Below are positions 27,901-40,700 of a stretch of 64,000 nt of DNA, in pieces. A program made the translations under genes and the position numbers. The notes under the pieces are model-generated. The model was not told the origin of the DNA, searched no databases, and worked only from the letters and a program-made list of their open reading frames with translations. The stretch is from Tubulanus polymorphus (Eukaryota; Animalia; Nemertea), in NCBI RefSeq assembly GCF_964204645.1, contig NC_134031.1, forward strand, positions 17,347,807 through 17,411,806, in the 5' to 3' direction. How positions within the stretch are numbered: the stretch's first letter is position 1; each line of letters begins with the position of its first letter.

Positions 27901-30900
27901 TTCAATCACGACTAGTCTAAATCGCCAACTGATTAATTCGAATCCGTTTGAGCCCGTTTAAATGAATCTTTTGTCTCTGTTGCCATTCCGATCCGATCAA
28001 CTCGCACGACAGTTCGCCATCCGTCGAGATCGATTGCATTTTTATCGTTTCTATATCGTTCGACTTTTGATCGCATTTTTCGTAATTAAAAATATACGTT
28101 ATTTGACACGAGGCACAAAACCTGAGTAAATCTAATATACGACTCGCTGATAAAGTTGCTTGTCGGATTATAAGCTATGATAATAAATAGTACAATGGCA
28201 GACTAATCATAATTGGTACCGCTGCATAAATCACGAATTGCCGTTGATTCAGCTGGTCTATACTTGTTTCCGTACAATATTTACTCAGTTTTTAACTCTC
28301 AAAAGAAGGACGTAATAACATGTCATCATCAGCAATATGGTGAACATAATCCTTCTCTCGCGTGTATTTCAAACTGAAGCGCGAAATATTGATAATATTG
28401 GTAATATTAAATATAGTATGATTAAAACCAACGTTGATGATTCAAAATGGTTCCGAAATCTAAGAAAACTTACAAATTTGTGAATTGTATTCGCACATGA
28501 TGAGACTACTTCATTTCGTACTCTCTAACTTATACACCGTGGGATCTACGCTCACGTTCATTGCTTTGAAGCGAGGACTTAAAAATGGACTAGAAAATAA
28601 AGTTTTTTTAAATTAAATTTCTTCGGTGTTCTATGCCGATAAAAATCGATGCATAATTACTTGCGCTTTATCCAAATATCTCGCGAAGGAATCGTTGCCT
28701 CTTATTTCTAACGAAGAGAACAATTTAAAACTGGTATTCACGGTGCTGTTCCGACTGCTGAAATGCGTCAGGAAACATAATTGTTTTCGGAGAGATACTG
28801 CACATTTTGCATGATAACACGTTAATCAATATCGCTAACTAATGATGGGTGACGCAGTCAAACCTTCCTAATGAATAATCAAATTTGCAATAGCTTGTTG
28901 ATGGCTTAAAAGCTTCCTTTATCGAAAATCCATGGTCATGAAAAATTAACGACCGCCAATTCTAACAAAAATATACACAGTATAAATCGTCAACTACTGA
29001 TAATTTGCTAAATATTTTCAGTAACGCGCTCGGCGTCTATAGTGTCACCCATCGCGGATAAACGCGCTAGCAATTAAGCGAGTCTTCAGCTAACACTTAA
29101 GAGGCATCGCCAATTTATTGGATATTTAAGAACCAACGAAATAATCGCATTGAAGAGTTTCGTCGATATGCTTCCCGCCGCAAACAGCAGTTTCAATTAA
29201 TATCTTATGAATTATGTAAAATGTAATTTTCCGCGCCGACTCTGTTACTCTAGTGTTCATCTTAGGAATTATTCATAACGGACAATAACTAGACAAACAC
29301 GGGGCAAATTATCATCATCATCATCATCGTCACTGACTTCTTTTTCTAGCTTCGTATATACTTGTTATATCCGCAAACTGATACTCAGCGTGTTATCGTG
29401 TAGAATAGGAGACCCCCAGTGGGTTAACAGTGCCCTCGTGTGCACAACTGATCTTTACAATCTGGTTTTTATCCATTCTATCACCGACGATGCCTTTGTT
29501 CTTAAATTGAAGTGGTCTTTTTATCGGGGTCTTTGACTTATGGGCGTTTGTATAGGCAGTTCGGTGCCACTTTCTTATGGTACGCGATTACCTTTCGAGA
29601 TATCGTCGAAAAATCTTGATAGATCGTCGGGATAATTGGAGAAATATCGAATTGATTATACGATAATTGCATGCAAAACCACGATGTTGAATATTGATGA
29701 TAAATCGACAAATTGTTGCCGATGATGAATAGAAACATGTGTAAATTATGTAGATTTAAGTCTGTGGACATCTCCGTTTTTATTCTAATGGCGGCTTATC
29801 GTAAGAGTTGCCCAGTAATTCAAAGTGACGTACTAATTCCTCACAAAGACCGATGATAAATTGCCGGAATTTAGAATTCAATATCATAATATTACTTGTC
29901 GTTTGTCACGTTGTAATCGATTATACGGCGGATTTCAGTGACTTTAAACAGACTGACTGGAAGCGTAGATTTCACAATGACAATGACATCCGGCCAAAAA
30001 TCCGCGCCGACTTGTGGGGGATTTGCCGACTGGTTTGCATATTTTTGCGGAATGAATAAATTTGAGTTTATGGTTTATTCAATAAAATAATTCACCTGTT
30101 ATATTTTGTAATTTAATGTTTTTTCGATGCAAAACTTTATCTCCCGTTTAAGCCGGCGATGAACGGGGCGTAATCCGCGAGGTCTCCGATGATGAATGAA
30201 GATGGAAAAGACAGAATAGAAAATATTTCCGAGCTTAGTTCGATAGATCTATAACGGTGTCGCGCGTGTTCACCCGTTCAGACTTCCCCCAAGTTTAACT
30301 TTGTTAATACATGTATACAACGTTCGAAGAAACCATCGTCTGTCTTCCATTGATGAAATTAAACTCGCGGCGCGATCACGGATGGCTCCATTGTGACGAC
30401 GGTAATCGTATAAGCGATATTTGGACAGCGTTGGCGCCCGTTGTATCGGCTCGACCCGCCGGTGTCACCGGAGCAAACAGTGCCACAAACACACTTGCAA
30501 GATGCATTTTCCCCCCTCTATCAATATAATATCCTAATTGAGGTGTAGAAGGCGTTCGTCGTGATTCGTTTGTTAAACGCTCATCACAGTACACAACCGA
30601 TGCTTCGCCCATCGATATAAAGTGATTACCGGTCGAAATTAGGGACCCGTAATTGAATTGGAAACTTCGTCGGCGAAATACGTAACGAGCAACCTCCTCG
30701 GAGAGCGTAGTCGGTAAATTTGCTCAGTTCATTCCATTCTTTTATGTCGGCTTTCCCGAGTCGCGCCGGCCTGGTTCAAGTTTCGCGCGCCGGGTCGCGC
30801 CGGCTGTTTAGTCAACGCCGGGAGAAAATTGGATGCGATAAATTAAGTGACATTAGCGCTGACATTCACGATTCGGGAGATTCCTGCTATATCCCCCTTG

Positions 30901-32774
30901 GAAATCATCCTCTTCTACATTAGTTCCGTTTACTTCTCAATGCTCGCATACTCCACAGACTAGTTAAGACGCCTTGTTTGCATTCGGCATTCGGTCATAT
31001 TAATTTTAACCGAATGTGCCCTGAATTCCTAGCGAGCGTTTCAAACGTCGTTTTCTACCAGTTTTTTTTAACTAACGTTTGTTTTCCCTCGTCGTTTTCA
31101 AAGTAACTTCTTTGATTAAAGGAAATGATTTATTAAAGCAAGATTAGTGCGAGGTGTTTTGATATTCCACGCAGCGCGAAAGAAGTTAGAACGCAAGTTA
31201 ATGGAGTTTCCCTTAATAGTTGTAGGGATGGATTGCTACTGTTATACATGTAATTGAAATGACTTTTACGAAGTTTTATGTCGCTTAAGCCCAATGCACA
31301 CAACGCAAAGAAACATGGAACGTTTCCCGAAACCATGTTCCTCGTTTCTCGTGAACAGAAGACTCATGTGTCTTTTCCCTGTTTCCCTGCGTCGTGTGCA
31401 TTGGGTTTTGGAAGTTATTGACTCCGTTTAACTTCGACAATCGAGATTCTGTTGTAACGTTTTTGAATTTGTTGTATATTTGCAGAATGTTCGGCTCGAG
31501 TGGTACATGCGCGGCTTGTGGTCAGTCGATTCCCGCCAGCGAGTTTGTGATGAAAGCCCAGACGAACGTCTACCATCTGAAATGTTTTACTTGCGTGTCC
31601 TGCCACAATCAACTACAGCCCGGAGACCGGTTCGGAGTGGTGAACGGCAGTTTATTTTGTGAACAGGACTACCCGAAAGTGCTAAAAGGAAGCACGGGAT
31701 CGATGCGAGGGGGCCATAAGGTAATTCGATTGAAGAATAAGTCGGCTCGCGCGGTCAATAATTTCCTTCCGGTGTAATTCTGGACCGGAAATGATATGTG
31801 CGAGGACACTACTACTGTACTGCGCGCGACATATCTAAACACGTAGCGGTAAGATCGAACGACGTATGTCGCATGACGATTATGTCATTCGTCTTAATCA
31901 CAGTTGAATTCTCATTCCAACTGACCCTGCTTTATTTCAACTTGCCATTGGTTTCAAAAAACCAAACCACTTTCCATTCGTTTTACTAAATCCCCCACTT
32001 TGATAATTAACTACTAGTGCTGAAAAAATACTCGATATAGTTCGTATGCCCTTCAATTGCCAGACATCTATTTCCTGTTACGATGGTCGGGCCGGCTTCC
32101 GACGATGAAGCTTTCGCATTGGCGTCCCACTAAAAATCACTCGCCTATGCCCGTAATTACAATATACGTTCATATCATCGGTATATTGACTGTACCCTGA
32201 CGGCGTAATTAAGGGGGTTGCCGTACTTGATGTGTTAAAATATCCGCTGTTCACTTGTAAATGCATCCATTAGATGTGCCAGCACATGCTAGACGACCAT
32301 TAGAATTAATATCGCAATCTCCATTAGTGTGCATTAGCATCGGGTGTTAGATAAGTGTTGACCGCCATCAGGCTTCCAACGTCACATATAATGGAACGAA
32401 CCGGCCGAAAAACGACAATATTACGTTAGTCCTTCTCGCGTGTTATGTTTTTTGTGCGCTGCTCTCGAAGAGTGGATAAAAAGTAAAAACTCCCGAAGAA
32501 CGCTAATGCCATCAATCAGCGAAAGATTCCCGCTCCCTTTGTTTTATATATTATCTCCTCTAAAGAAAACGAAACTTTCAGTTCTTCAATGTACGATGAT
32601 TAGAATTGTAAATCTATAATGCCGGTTCGTGTACTAGGAACAGGCCCGTTGTCGAAATCGTCCGCGAAAGTTGTCCCTCTCTATTTGGCAAGTTGTTCTA
32701 GCTAGGTGTCTTTTGGTTTTCAGAGAAACAAACTAAGCAACGTCCAGGAAGACTTACGCATACAGCAATACTGA
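12723..32774 (+). CDS. LMO4: LIM domain only protein, LMO4-like (about 180 aa from the ATG at 12723); spliced CDS join(12723..12979,31486..31720,32724..32774)
   Basis: Two tandem LIM domains: CAGCGARICDRYLLHAVDRYWHTGCLKCSCCQAHLGEIGTSCFAKRGMILCKNDYIR and MFGSSGTCAACGQSIPASEFVMKAQTNVYHLKCFTCVSCHNQLQPGDRFGVVNGSLFCEQDY. They closely resemble vertebrate LMO4 as I recall it (CLKCSCCQAQLGDIGTSCY, ACGQSIPASELVMRAQGNVYHLKCFTC). The phase-2 intron AG|GTAGGT (12980) ... TTTGCAG|A (31485) restores the Arg codon. No homeodomain follows, so it is LIM-only. Confidence 0.92.
24337..24402. repeat. Minisatellite, about 4 x 16 bp (CGACACCCCACTAGTC)
   Basis: Units CGAAACACCCCACTAGTC, CGGCACCGCACTATTC, CGACACCCCAGTAGTC, AGACACCCCACTAGTC. 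Confidence 0.8.
26003..26111. mobile_element. Hairpin MITE, PIF/Harbinger-like, with 3-bp TSD CAG
   Basis: Near-perfect fold-back GGCCCGGTTTTATAGACTGGTATTACCTTTAAGCCGGGGGCTAACTCAATT / AATTGAGTTAGCCCCCGGGTTAAAGGTAATACCAGTCTGTAAAACCGGCCC, flanked by CAG at 26000-26002 and 26112-26114. Confidence 0.8.
27439..27658. repeat. Inverted pair of tRNA-derived (SINE-like) B-box units
   Basis: GGATTCGAACC at 27456-27466 and GGTTCGAATCC at 27631-27641, within about 43-bp arms that are roughly 80% complementary. Confidence 0.6.
31486..31720 (+). CDS. LMO4: LMO4-like exon encoding LIM domain 2
   Basis: Acceptor TTTGCAG ends at 31485; LIM pattern CAAC...HLKCFTCVSC...CEQD; donor AAG|GTAATT at 31721. Confidence 0.95.
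32724..32774 (+). CDS. LMO4: Probable terminal coding exon of the LMO4-like gene (RNKLSNVQEDLRIQQY*)
   Basis: Strong acceptor TCTTTTGGTTTTCAG ends at 32723, in phase 0 with the donor at 31721; TGA at 32772-32774; followed by about 2.1 kb of UTR-like sequence with AATAAA at 34856 and 34927. The choice of acceptor is uncertain. Confidence 0.6.
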   Translation, partial: RNKLSNVQEDLRIQQY

Positions 32775-33645
32775 CAAAGCATGGCTGAAGTGATTGGAAC
32801 TTTATCGTACACTTAAACATGTGTGTCTGACACTTGAGGCCAAAAATGGACGTTAAATATCCGTGCTCACAGTCGTTCGATGAACGGCCGCTAGGAAATC
32901 GACTGCGGCGGCCTGCCGTGCAAGACTACGATTTCTGCATGAAGATGTAAAACTTGTTTGTGATACCGTTGCGAAAGACGTCAGCAAATGAACTACGAAC
33001 TTTTTACGTGTAAAATGTTTCGATGGACGATGGAGATTCATTGTATATTTTTATGTTACCAGAATTTAACACAAACCGTCGACGTTGAATAACGTTTAAT
33101 TCTTTTCGATTCGTTACATTACAAGTTGTGTATGTAATTTACTTGTACATAATTCATTAAGTTCTTTCTATATTTTTTTTTGTTGGTTAAAATTCTTGGT
33201 TTCCCGTGAACGGTTTTTCTTATACAACGGGCCGCGTCGGTAGCCACGGACCCAACTCTGGTCGGGTCCGCATCTTCGATATCTGCAACCGGTTTTCCCG
33301 CTTTGATATGTCTCATTTGATGTATAATTCAAACGCGCGTGGTTATCTTGTTATTCAGACAACCTGTGTTAGAGCACGCGTGAAATGAATTTATTCATGC
33401 GACGGTGCCATCGTCGCGTTACACTGAAACATCGCCTTCTGACATCGTATTTAACGATTCCTTTTGTCGTAGAATTAATTTTCGATGATCTGTTTTGATG
33501 TCGATAAACGCGGGGCATTCTGCTTGTTCGTGCGCTCTATTATTCCGCTTTACGGCTTTTGAAAAAGAAGGCGCATTTTCTTCACTGAAATGAATCGAAT
33601 AAGAAATGTTAACCGTCTTGTTTTTCGAATCATAGTTCTGTCAAA

Positions 33646-33792
33646 GGCCCGGTTATATAGACTAGGCACGAACTAGCCTCGGGGTTCAATTTCACCGAGT
33701 TAATTCAGAATAAGTTTGTTAACTCAATTCCTGTAACGATAAATTGACTAGAGCCGAAGTCGTGATACCAACACGTCTATCGAAACCGGGCC
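33646..33792. mobile_element. Degenerate MITE related to the 26003 element, in the presumed LMO4 3' UTR
   Basis: Ends GGCCCGGTTATATAGAC ... GTCTATCGAAACCGGGCC match the TIR of the 26003-26111 element; an internal TAACTCAATT remnant is retained. Confidence 0.65.
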
Positions 33793-34926
33793 CCTGCAGT
33801 CCATAAAACCGCTACCCATTTCTGAATCAGATTTGGTGTATATCTAGATAATAACCGGCTAGAACCTCGAATCCGCTTATGAACAGGCGATGGATTAGAC
33901 ATAGTTTTATCGCCTTTTGAACGTATCTTAAACGCATATATCGACCCAGTATCATGCCCAGAAGAAGAATGAGCTCGGTAAAAAAAAAAACTTGTTAATT
34001 CACAATCCATCATCACATCGTTTTGGTTAAACAGCGCATCTTCTTAAAGACGCTCTGACAACTCGATAATAATTCATAACTGGTTTATCTCGGTCTTGCG
34101 TGATGGTGCCCATTGTCGGTGTATGCAGCGTTTGTTAGATATTTAATGGTGAATTTTGTGCAATTACACCCCGTGTTCGACAGATAACTCGCGTGTTCAT
34201 TTACATATCCATCGTTATTATGAATGTCGTCCCTAAAAACACCGAGAGCCGAGGCGTCTTATTCAGGCATGGGATTCTGATTAGATTATACCAAACCGCA
34301 ACCGTTTAATCACACATTACGGTCCTTCCCAGATATTTCGCGTATTGAGCGAAATCGGATTTCGGATGGGTTGTTAGGCTCTCGGTATTATAGGCGAAAA
34401 TCCGCACGAAGATGTATATGTCTTTTTTTAAAACGCGCATACATTGAGATAGATACGAGATCATCGGCTCAGATGTAATCCAAACTGTCTCATGTTATCG
34501 AATTACAAATCTATTCCATTATCAGTTGAATAACACAAAAACTAAGACTTTCGAAAATAAAACATTACGTATAATGTTGAGATATGTCTCGCCATAATCT
34601 GTCGATTATTTCCCTCAAAAACAACCTACCACCACTAACGACTTAACTATTTTTGTACACGGTATCTTTATTTTTTCAATCATTTTGAATTTCACAAGTT
34701 TTTTCGTTCGTACATTTAGAATTGCGTTGTTTTGTTAACGGGGACCAGAAAGTGCTATGTAAATACATACGTTACATACGTGTATATGAATATTATTACC
34801 ATGTTATTTCATTTCTCGGGGTCGGACTTGTCGAAGTGAAACAAAATGTCGCCGAAATAAATGAATTTCATTCAATTTGTAAATATAAACGGCTAAACAT
34901 AGTAATGGGAAATTACATATATGAGT

Positions 34927-34932
34927 AATAAA
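34927..34932 (+). other. Candidate polyadenylation signal of the LMO4-like gene
   Basis: AATAAA at the end of an AT-rich UTR-like stretch; another at 34856. Confidence 0.4.
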
Positions 34933-35123
34933 GTATATATGTATAATCTTAATTCAAGATAGAATTTCATAATGTATAAAGATGTTTGCTTGTAAAATTC
35001 ATACAAGATTATTAAACTATGATGACAGTTCAATGCGTTCGTTCGTTGTTGTATTAGTTTTTTGTTATCTAAGCCAGGTCAACGTGCCTCCTACATACCA
35101 GACTTCACCACTTCGCCCAATTT

Positions 35124-35386
35124 CATCCTCTCCGGCAGGGATTCGAACCTGACGCCATCGAGTCCCACTAGGGTAGAAGCCCTGCCACTCTTGATCGGGT
35201 GCGCGGGTACATACGTGGGTTTGCCGCACATAAACTTGCAGCACCGATCAGATTGACCGCTGTATAAAGGCAAATTTCACGGAATAACTATATATGGTAA
35301 ACCCTGCGATTGGGCTAGTGTTGCGGGGTTTCGTGCCGTGGCTTTTAGTGATGCCATCAGGTTCGAATCCATGACTAGTGAGGATG
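35124..35386. repeat. Second inverted pair of tRNA-derived (SINE-like) B-box units
   Basis: GGATTCGAACC at 35139-35149 and GGTTCGAATCC at 35360-35370, with the same GATGCC...B-box...GAGGATG context as 27439-27658. Confidence 0.6.
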
Positions 35387-35811
35387 GCTCAATACCTTCA
35401 AACATTCTGCCTAAGCGGCCAAAAGAAACCTCGCATAGGCAGAGTTTCCGAAGAAGGCTGTCTACCTTTAAAGATTTATCGTCGAAAATTATATTCTAGA
35501 ATTGATACATTCGATGGAGATGTTCTTTTCCTAATTGTTGTTCTTAAGTCACAAACACAATGAGACAAAATGCGACGCTCAAGTTCAAGGAAACCTCGGA
35601 TAGACAAACTCACAATCCGAGGAAAGCTCGACGACCTAATCGGTTTATCGTTGAAAATGATATAGAACCAATTTCGGAGTCATTCAATATAGGTGTCCCT
35701 TTTTCCTAATTGTTCTTCACAAGTCACCAACATGGCGGTGACTTATGGACACACTGGAATGATTCACTATATGATAGTGAAACAAAATGCGAAGCTCGAA
35801 CGGGGTAACAT

Positions 35812-35988
35812 TACAAGAAAACTTATTTTCTAAAGTTTATTGACGCCTTGAAAAATATACACATATATTCCTTGATATTGTCGACAATGAATAATATGAT
35901 ATTATTTAATATCAAGGATCAATAAAGTTATTTTGGATTTGAACATATCGATAATTGAATTGAATTGACCGGGAACCAGTCTATCCCC
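35812..35988 (+). repeat. Interspersed repeat copy A (inverted partner at 41638-41775)
   Basis: TAAAGTTTATTGACG...TAAAGTTATTTTGGATTTGAACATATCGATAATTGAATTGAATTGACCGGGAACCAGTCTATCCCC. Confidence 0.75.
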
Positions 35989-36691
35989 AATTTAGATGAC
36001 ATTTAGATGTTTAACTTCAAAATTAACGCCAAAATTCACAATTGTAATTGTTATTTATAAACGCCAATATTTGATGACGTAGCGCACATCGACTTGCAAA
36101 GAACCGAGTATTATTGTAAGGGTTTATACGTAATCTATTTTAAAATCAATTGAGCATTTTAGCCTCAGACGAAATTAGTTGTTTTACTCATTGGAACGAG
36201 TCGTGTAATATGCCACTAATGAAGCCTCTAGCTATATAGTTTTTATCTCCGTACAATCCGATTCGGACGCCGATGAATATAAAATAAATCTTTCTTAAAA
36301 CCTTTTTCGCACAGAATTCGCGCAATTAATCGCCGATTAGTGTCAAATTCGCCATCAGATTATCGGGCGTTAGTAACTAACGTTACTCGGCGTCAAGAAC
36401 TATTCTAAACAGGTACTGTTTATAATCCGGATACACGGACTGCCGCGGGACGACTTATATCAACCGGCTTGTTAATATTCCTGTTGAATCCTACCAACTT
36501 CCTGTAAACCCGAAAACATTTGTGTTTAGCGCGACGTTAGTAGTTGATGACTGTGGCCATTAATACGTGGATTAGCGACGGTGTAAAATGTATTTCTTAT
36601 GTCTAAAATATCCGGTCTCGTATAGGCTATAATAAAGAGAAGAAATCTCCGCTTGTTTATTACCTTTCCAGAAACCATAGCTCACGCAAAG

Positions 36692-37052
36692 CAGGGGCGG
36701 ATCCAGGGACCCGTGTTGAGGGTAGCAGAGCTTATAAAAAAGACATAAGACATAATCCACGACAAACAAGGGGTTTCTGGGGGTCCTCACTCACAGAAAA
36801 TTTACGACATTTTCGTACAGTTTCCAAGCAAAAAATCCTAATGCAAAGTGTTTTACAGACGAGATCCTTAAGAATGGTGGGTCTTGTTGAATATTATCAG
36901 CTTGTAGAAATGGACCTCCTTTTCCTACCTGGATTGATAGTAACGATTTGATTTGCCCTTTTTACTGTGGGGATGATCACACGAAAAAAGGGGCACGAAA
37001 TTCTCGCGATGGCAGCACTTGCGTACGGTGATACCGTCTGAATCCGCACTTG
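36692..37052. mobile_element. hAT-like MITE (CAGGGGCGGATCCAG...CTGAATCCGCACTTG family)
   Basis: Degenerate TIRs; interior (TGTTGAGGGTAGCA...CATAATCCACGACAAACAAGG...TTTCCAAGCAA) homologous to 48650-48965. No clear TSD. Confidence 0.6.
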
Positions 37053-37548
37053 GAAAGAAACCAACCATAATTATTATCTTGTCCTTATTTTATGGCACAT
37101 CAAGTGAATATTTTGATGATATGCGGTTGAAAAATTGAAGCATTTCTCCACTTTCCTTCAAGACGATTCAGAAGCATTCTGTTGAAAATCCTAACCTAAA
37201 ACCAGATAGCGGACATGCGTGCAAAGCGTTAGCTTGGAAATTGGGTTTGTGTAGAATACTGAAATTGCACATTCAGTCGATATAGACAAAAACGGGTTGT
37301 TTTTACTCATTTGTGATTCTAAATATTCTACCTGACCAATCTTGTACTGAGCCGATATACCTCCACTATATTTGGCACCCATTAAACCGACATCCAACGA
37401 AGCCTCGATGCATTAGTCACAATCTCGCAGACTTTGCATTTCCTTTTCCATTAGATCTCCACTTAGTCGGCCGAGCTATATTTCTCCCCGCGTAAAGCTA
37501 TATCGTAAACAGCGTCGCGCACGCATCAACTTTGTATTAACACCACAA

Positions 37549-37718
37549 TGTTGACGACTCTTTCCAAAGTGACGAAAAAACAAACGAAAAAGAATCTTTT
37601 TTATCGTGGGTTGAAACATTTTTCTGTATCACGTGTGGCGACTTTTTCTGAAATGACGAAAATAAAGCAAATGTAAATGTAGTTTTATTATCATAGGTTG
37701 AAACATTTTGTGTATCGT
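37549..37718. repeat. Diverged tandem duplication, period about 87 bp
   Basis: CGACT...TGACGAAAA...TTATC...GGTTGAAACATTTT..TGTATC occurs twice (GGTTGAAAC at 37609 and 37696). Confidence 0.7.
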
Positions 37719-40700
37719 GAAGGTCAGGTGCCACGAAATTAGGTAGTTACTGGACGCGCACTTCAACGAACTATGATACGCATGCAGTGGGTTACAGACA
37801 TATCTATTAGAAATATCTCTATGTCGAATGATATTTCTTTGTTTATTCTGGTTTTTAAACCACCCGTCTGAATATGACGCCTAGGATGTTGTAGGAGAAT
37901 ACTCGTGGTGTCAAATATTCCATCTAGTAAACTCTGCTTGAATTTTTTTCGACGCATAGAGTGCAATTTTTGTAACGCCACAGAAATTTCTGTCTTTTTA
38001 CGTTACAGGATAGGTTCGTAATGTGTTCTCGAGATGTTGAATTTACGATTCGACTTAACTATAGAATTTCTAGCTAAAAAGCCGAACCTGAAGCAGATAT
38101 CGAGTATATATTTTTTAAGCGCAACAACGAAACGCAATTAATAATTCCGGCCTCGCGAACATTCGAGCATGATAAAAATTGCCGGTGACTGCTAATTCTG
38201 GATGTATATTTGGTTAGGCCATTAAGAGAAATCAGGGATACATTAAATGCTCTAATAGAAATGCGTTTTGGATAGTAAGTGCTTTCCGTAATGCGATATA
38301 GATCAAGCGTGCAAAAAAAGGAAAAATTCCATTTGACAACATTTTATGTCAAAGTGCTTTCTTGGCTTCGGGTTCAATCTTTGTGCATCGTTGCGAAGGA
38401 TTTTGTTGATAGTGCTATTTTCGAGCGATTTCGTTATCGCGGGGTCGCGTTTGATTCGATAAAATATTCTCGTACGCAACGTTCAACATTATGGGATTTA
38501 AAATTGGATGAAAGCTTTTGTTGATCTTGGCAATTTTCCTCGAATTCGTTTCAGAAAGGGTCACCCGTTTTAAGTCAACTGCGGCGCGACGCGGAATTGT
38601 TCGATTCACGAAATTACTACACGTATTTTGAAATGAATCACACGCTTTGATTTTGTACTAATCGCGGTGCAGAAATGGACTGAAGTTGTTGAAGTTCGAA
38701 TAGATAGAAAAACCTTTTAGTTTATGATCGTCGTGGCGTATTATAGGCATCATTTTAATGCAGTACGCTTTTTCTTAATGAATTAATGAACTTTTAACGT
38801 CGTCGCTGCATTAAAAGCATTCATTAAGCCCGCATTTAATCATCTCTGATTTGATGCGCGCGCGCGTGAACGGATCCACACTGAAAACTGTTTTTAGATA
38901 AAGATAAAACTCGGGTCCGAGAAAAAAAATCGATAACATTTGCAGATGATTTAGAAGCGTGATATGAAAAAAGCAGTTCTTAGATGATGCCGTAATCATT
39001 TCTTCACTAATTGTTAATTACTCGTTACAAAGTAAAAGGTTACCAGTAAAAGGTTAAATTGATAGGCACTATAGATTATTTCTGATCGGCAATGTCGAAT
39101 GTAAGGAAAGTTGGCTTTTGATATGAAATAACATTGATTTCCGGAGCCTAATGTATTTCCTATACTGCCTAATCCCGCGTCTGTATTCGTCTTAGAGAAA
39201 GAAAACCAACCGAGAACCCGGTGCATTTCGTCGGCAAGATTTTAGTCATCTGTCTCTTTGGCTAATGCAGAATTTCTCTTAAAGCGATCAATCCTGTCCA
39301 TTAAGAACAATAGTTTACCATTCGTACATCCTCACTCGCGGATTTAATGCAAAAAGCATTAAATATTGATGACAAGTGCAGCGCACGTAACAGGGCAAAA
39401 GACATACAGAGCCTCTTACCAGCGATGTTTGAACCAAAGCGTTGGATACTTTTAGCAATAATTTGTGACAATAACGACATCGACACGATGTAAAGTTCAT
39501 CATGTTTAAGATCGTGCTAAAATCATCAAATATCGTCGAGATTGAACGCGTTTCCTGGGATTCAACCTGCGTCATTTCGATATTTCCGTCGCGTGTTACT
39601 CAATACAATCGCTGGCTACTTTACTTTTTCATCGCTAAATCACTAAACTATATCACCGAGACTCGTGGACGTTGAGTGAGCCGTATTTTAACTATCAAGA
39701 TGCGATCTCATTCAGTCGATAGGTTCACTTTAAAAAAAAATCCTCGCCGCAACTCCATCTAATCATAATTTGCAGAGGGGCATTTTCTAAATTCATTAGG
39801 TAATGTATTTTCCTATTGAATTAGTCAATTTTCCATTAGTATATCAATCATTTAACCTGAAAATTTAATCATGTAATTGTGGTGCCAGGGGATGCATTGT
39901 ATCCGGGGTCAGAGGAAAAAACAGCCACGACAATGAATTATACGTCGATTGGTTCACGAAATATATTACAAATATGTTGTCATTTGATAACGTACTTGGA
40001 ACGCTCCCCCAAATGAAGGGAGCAGAACTGCGTGATACACGTTTTATTACGAGGGAGAAATTGCATAAGGGAGGATTTTTACGCCGGTTTTTACTCTATC
40101 CGATTTTAAGCTCAATTTAGAAAATAGAATAGAATTCGAGTCTTGTCAGCTAGCTACACGTATCAGACATCGCGTAATTCCAGATCGACCGTTTTCAGCA
40201 TTCTACACATAGTTGCATGCTGCAATTCAAAGTAATTTAAGCTAGCATTTCATAATGATTTAATAAATAATCAACGCTATTAGATTATGTCATAATACAC
40301 ATATATAAAGCGGATAATATCTTAATGTACGTTAATTCCATTGGTTCCATTAGCCGATGAATAAATGTCAGCAGTAATTGCAGATTGGCTCGAAGGCTGT
40401 TAATCTTAAACAGACCCCGAATTACCATTAGTCCGCCATTTCAAGTCACGTCATTTTGTTGAAAGCTTTCGCCCGAAAAGCACTTTATTCGAGCACTATT
40501 TAATGGGCGGAAATATACTTTATTTGTCAGGCACCGTGCAGTCGCACCCCGCGCACTCTATTTCGGCTGCATATTCATCCGCCTGTTAAAAAAAGCTCAA
40601 AGACAATCTTGGTGAATGCATGCGCCAAACAGTGCGTGGCGATTTTTATTTTTACTGTTTCAAGGTACCACAAGGATCGCCACATGGATAGCTGCAAAAA

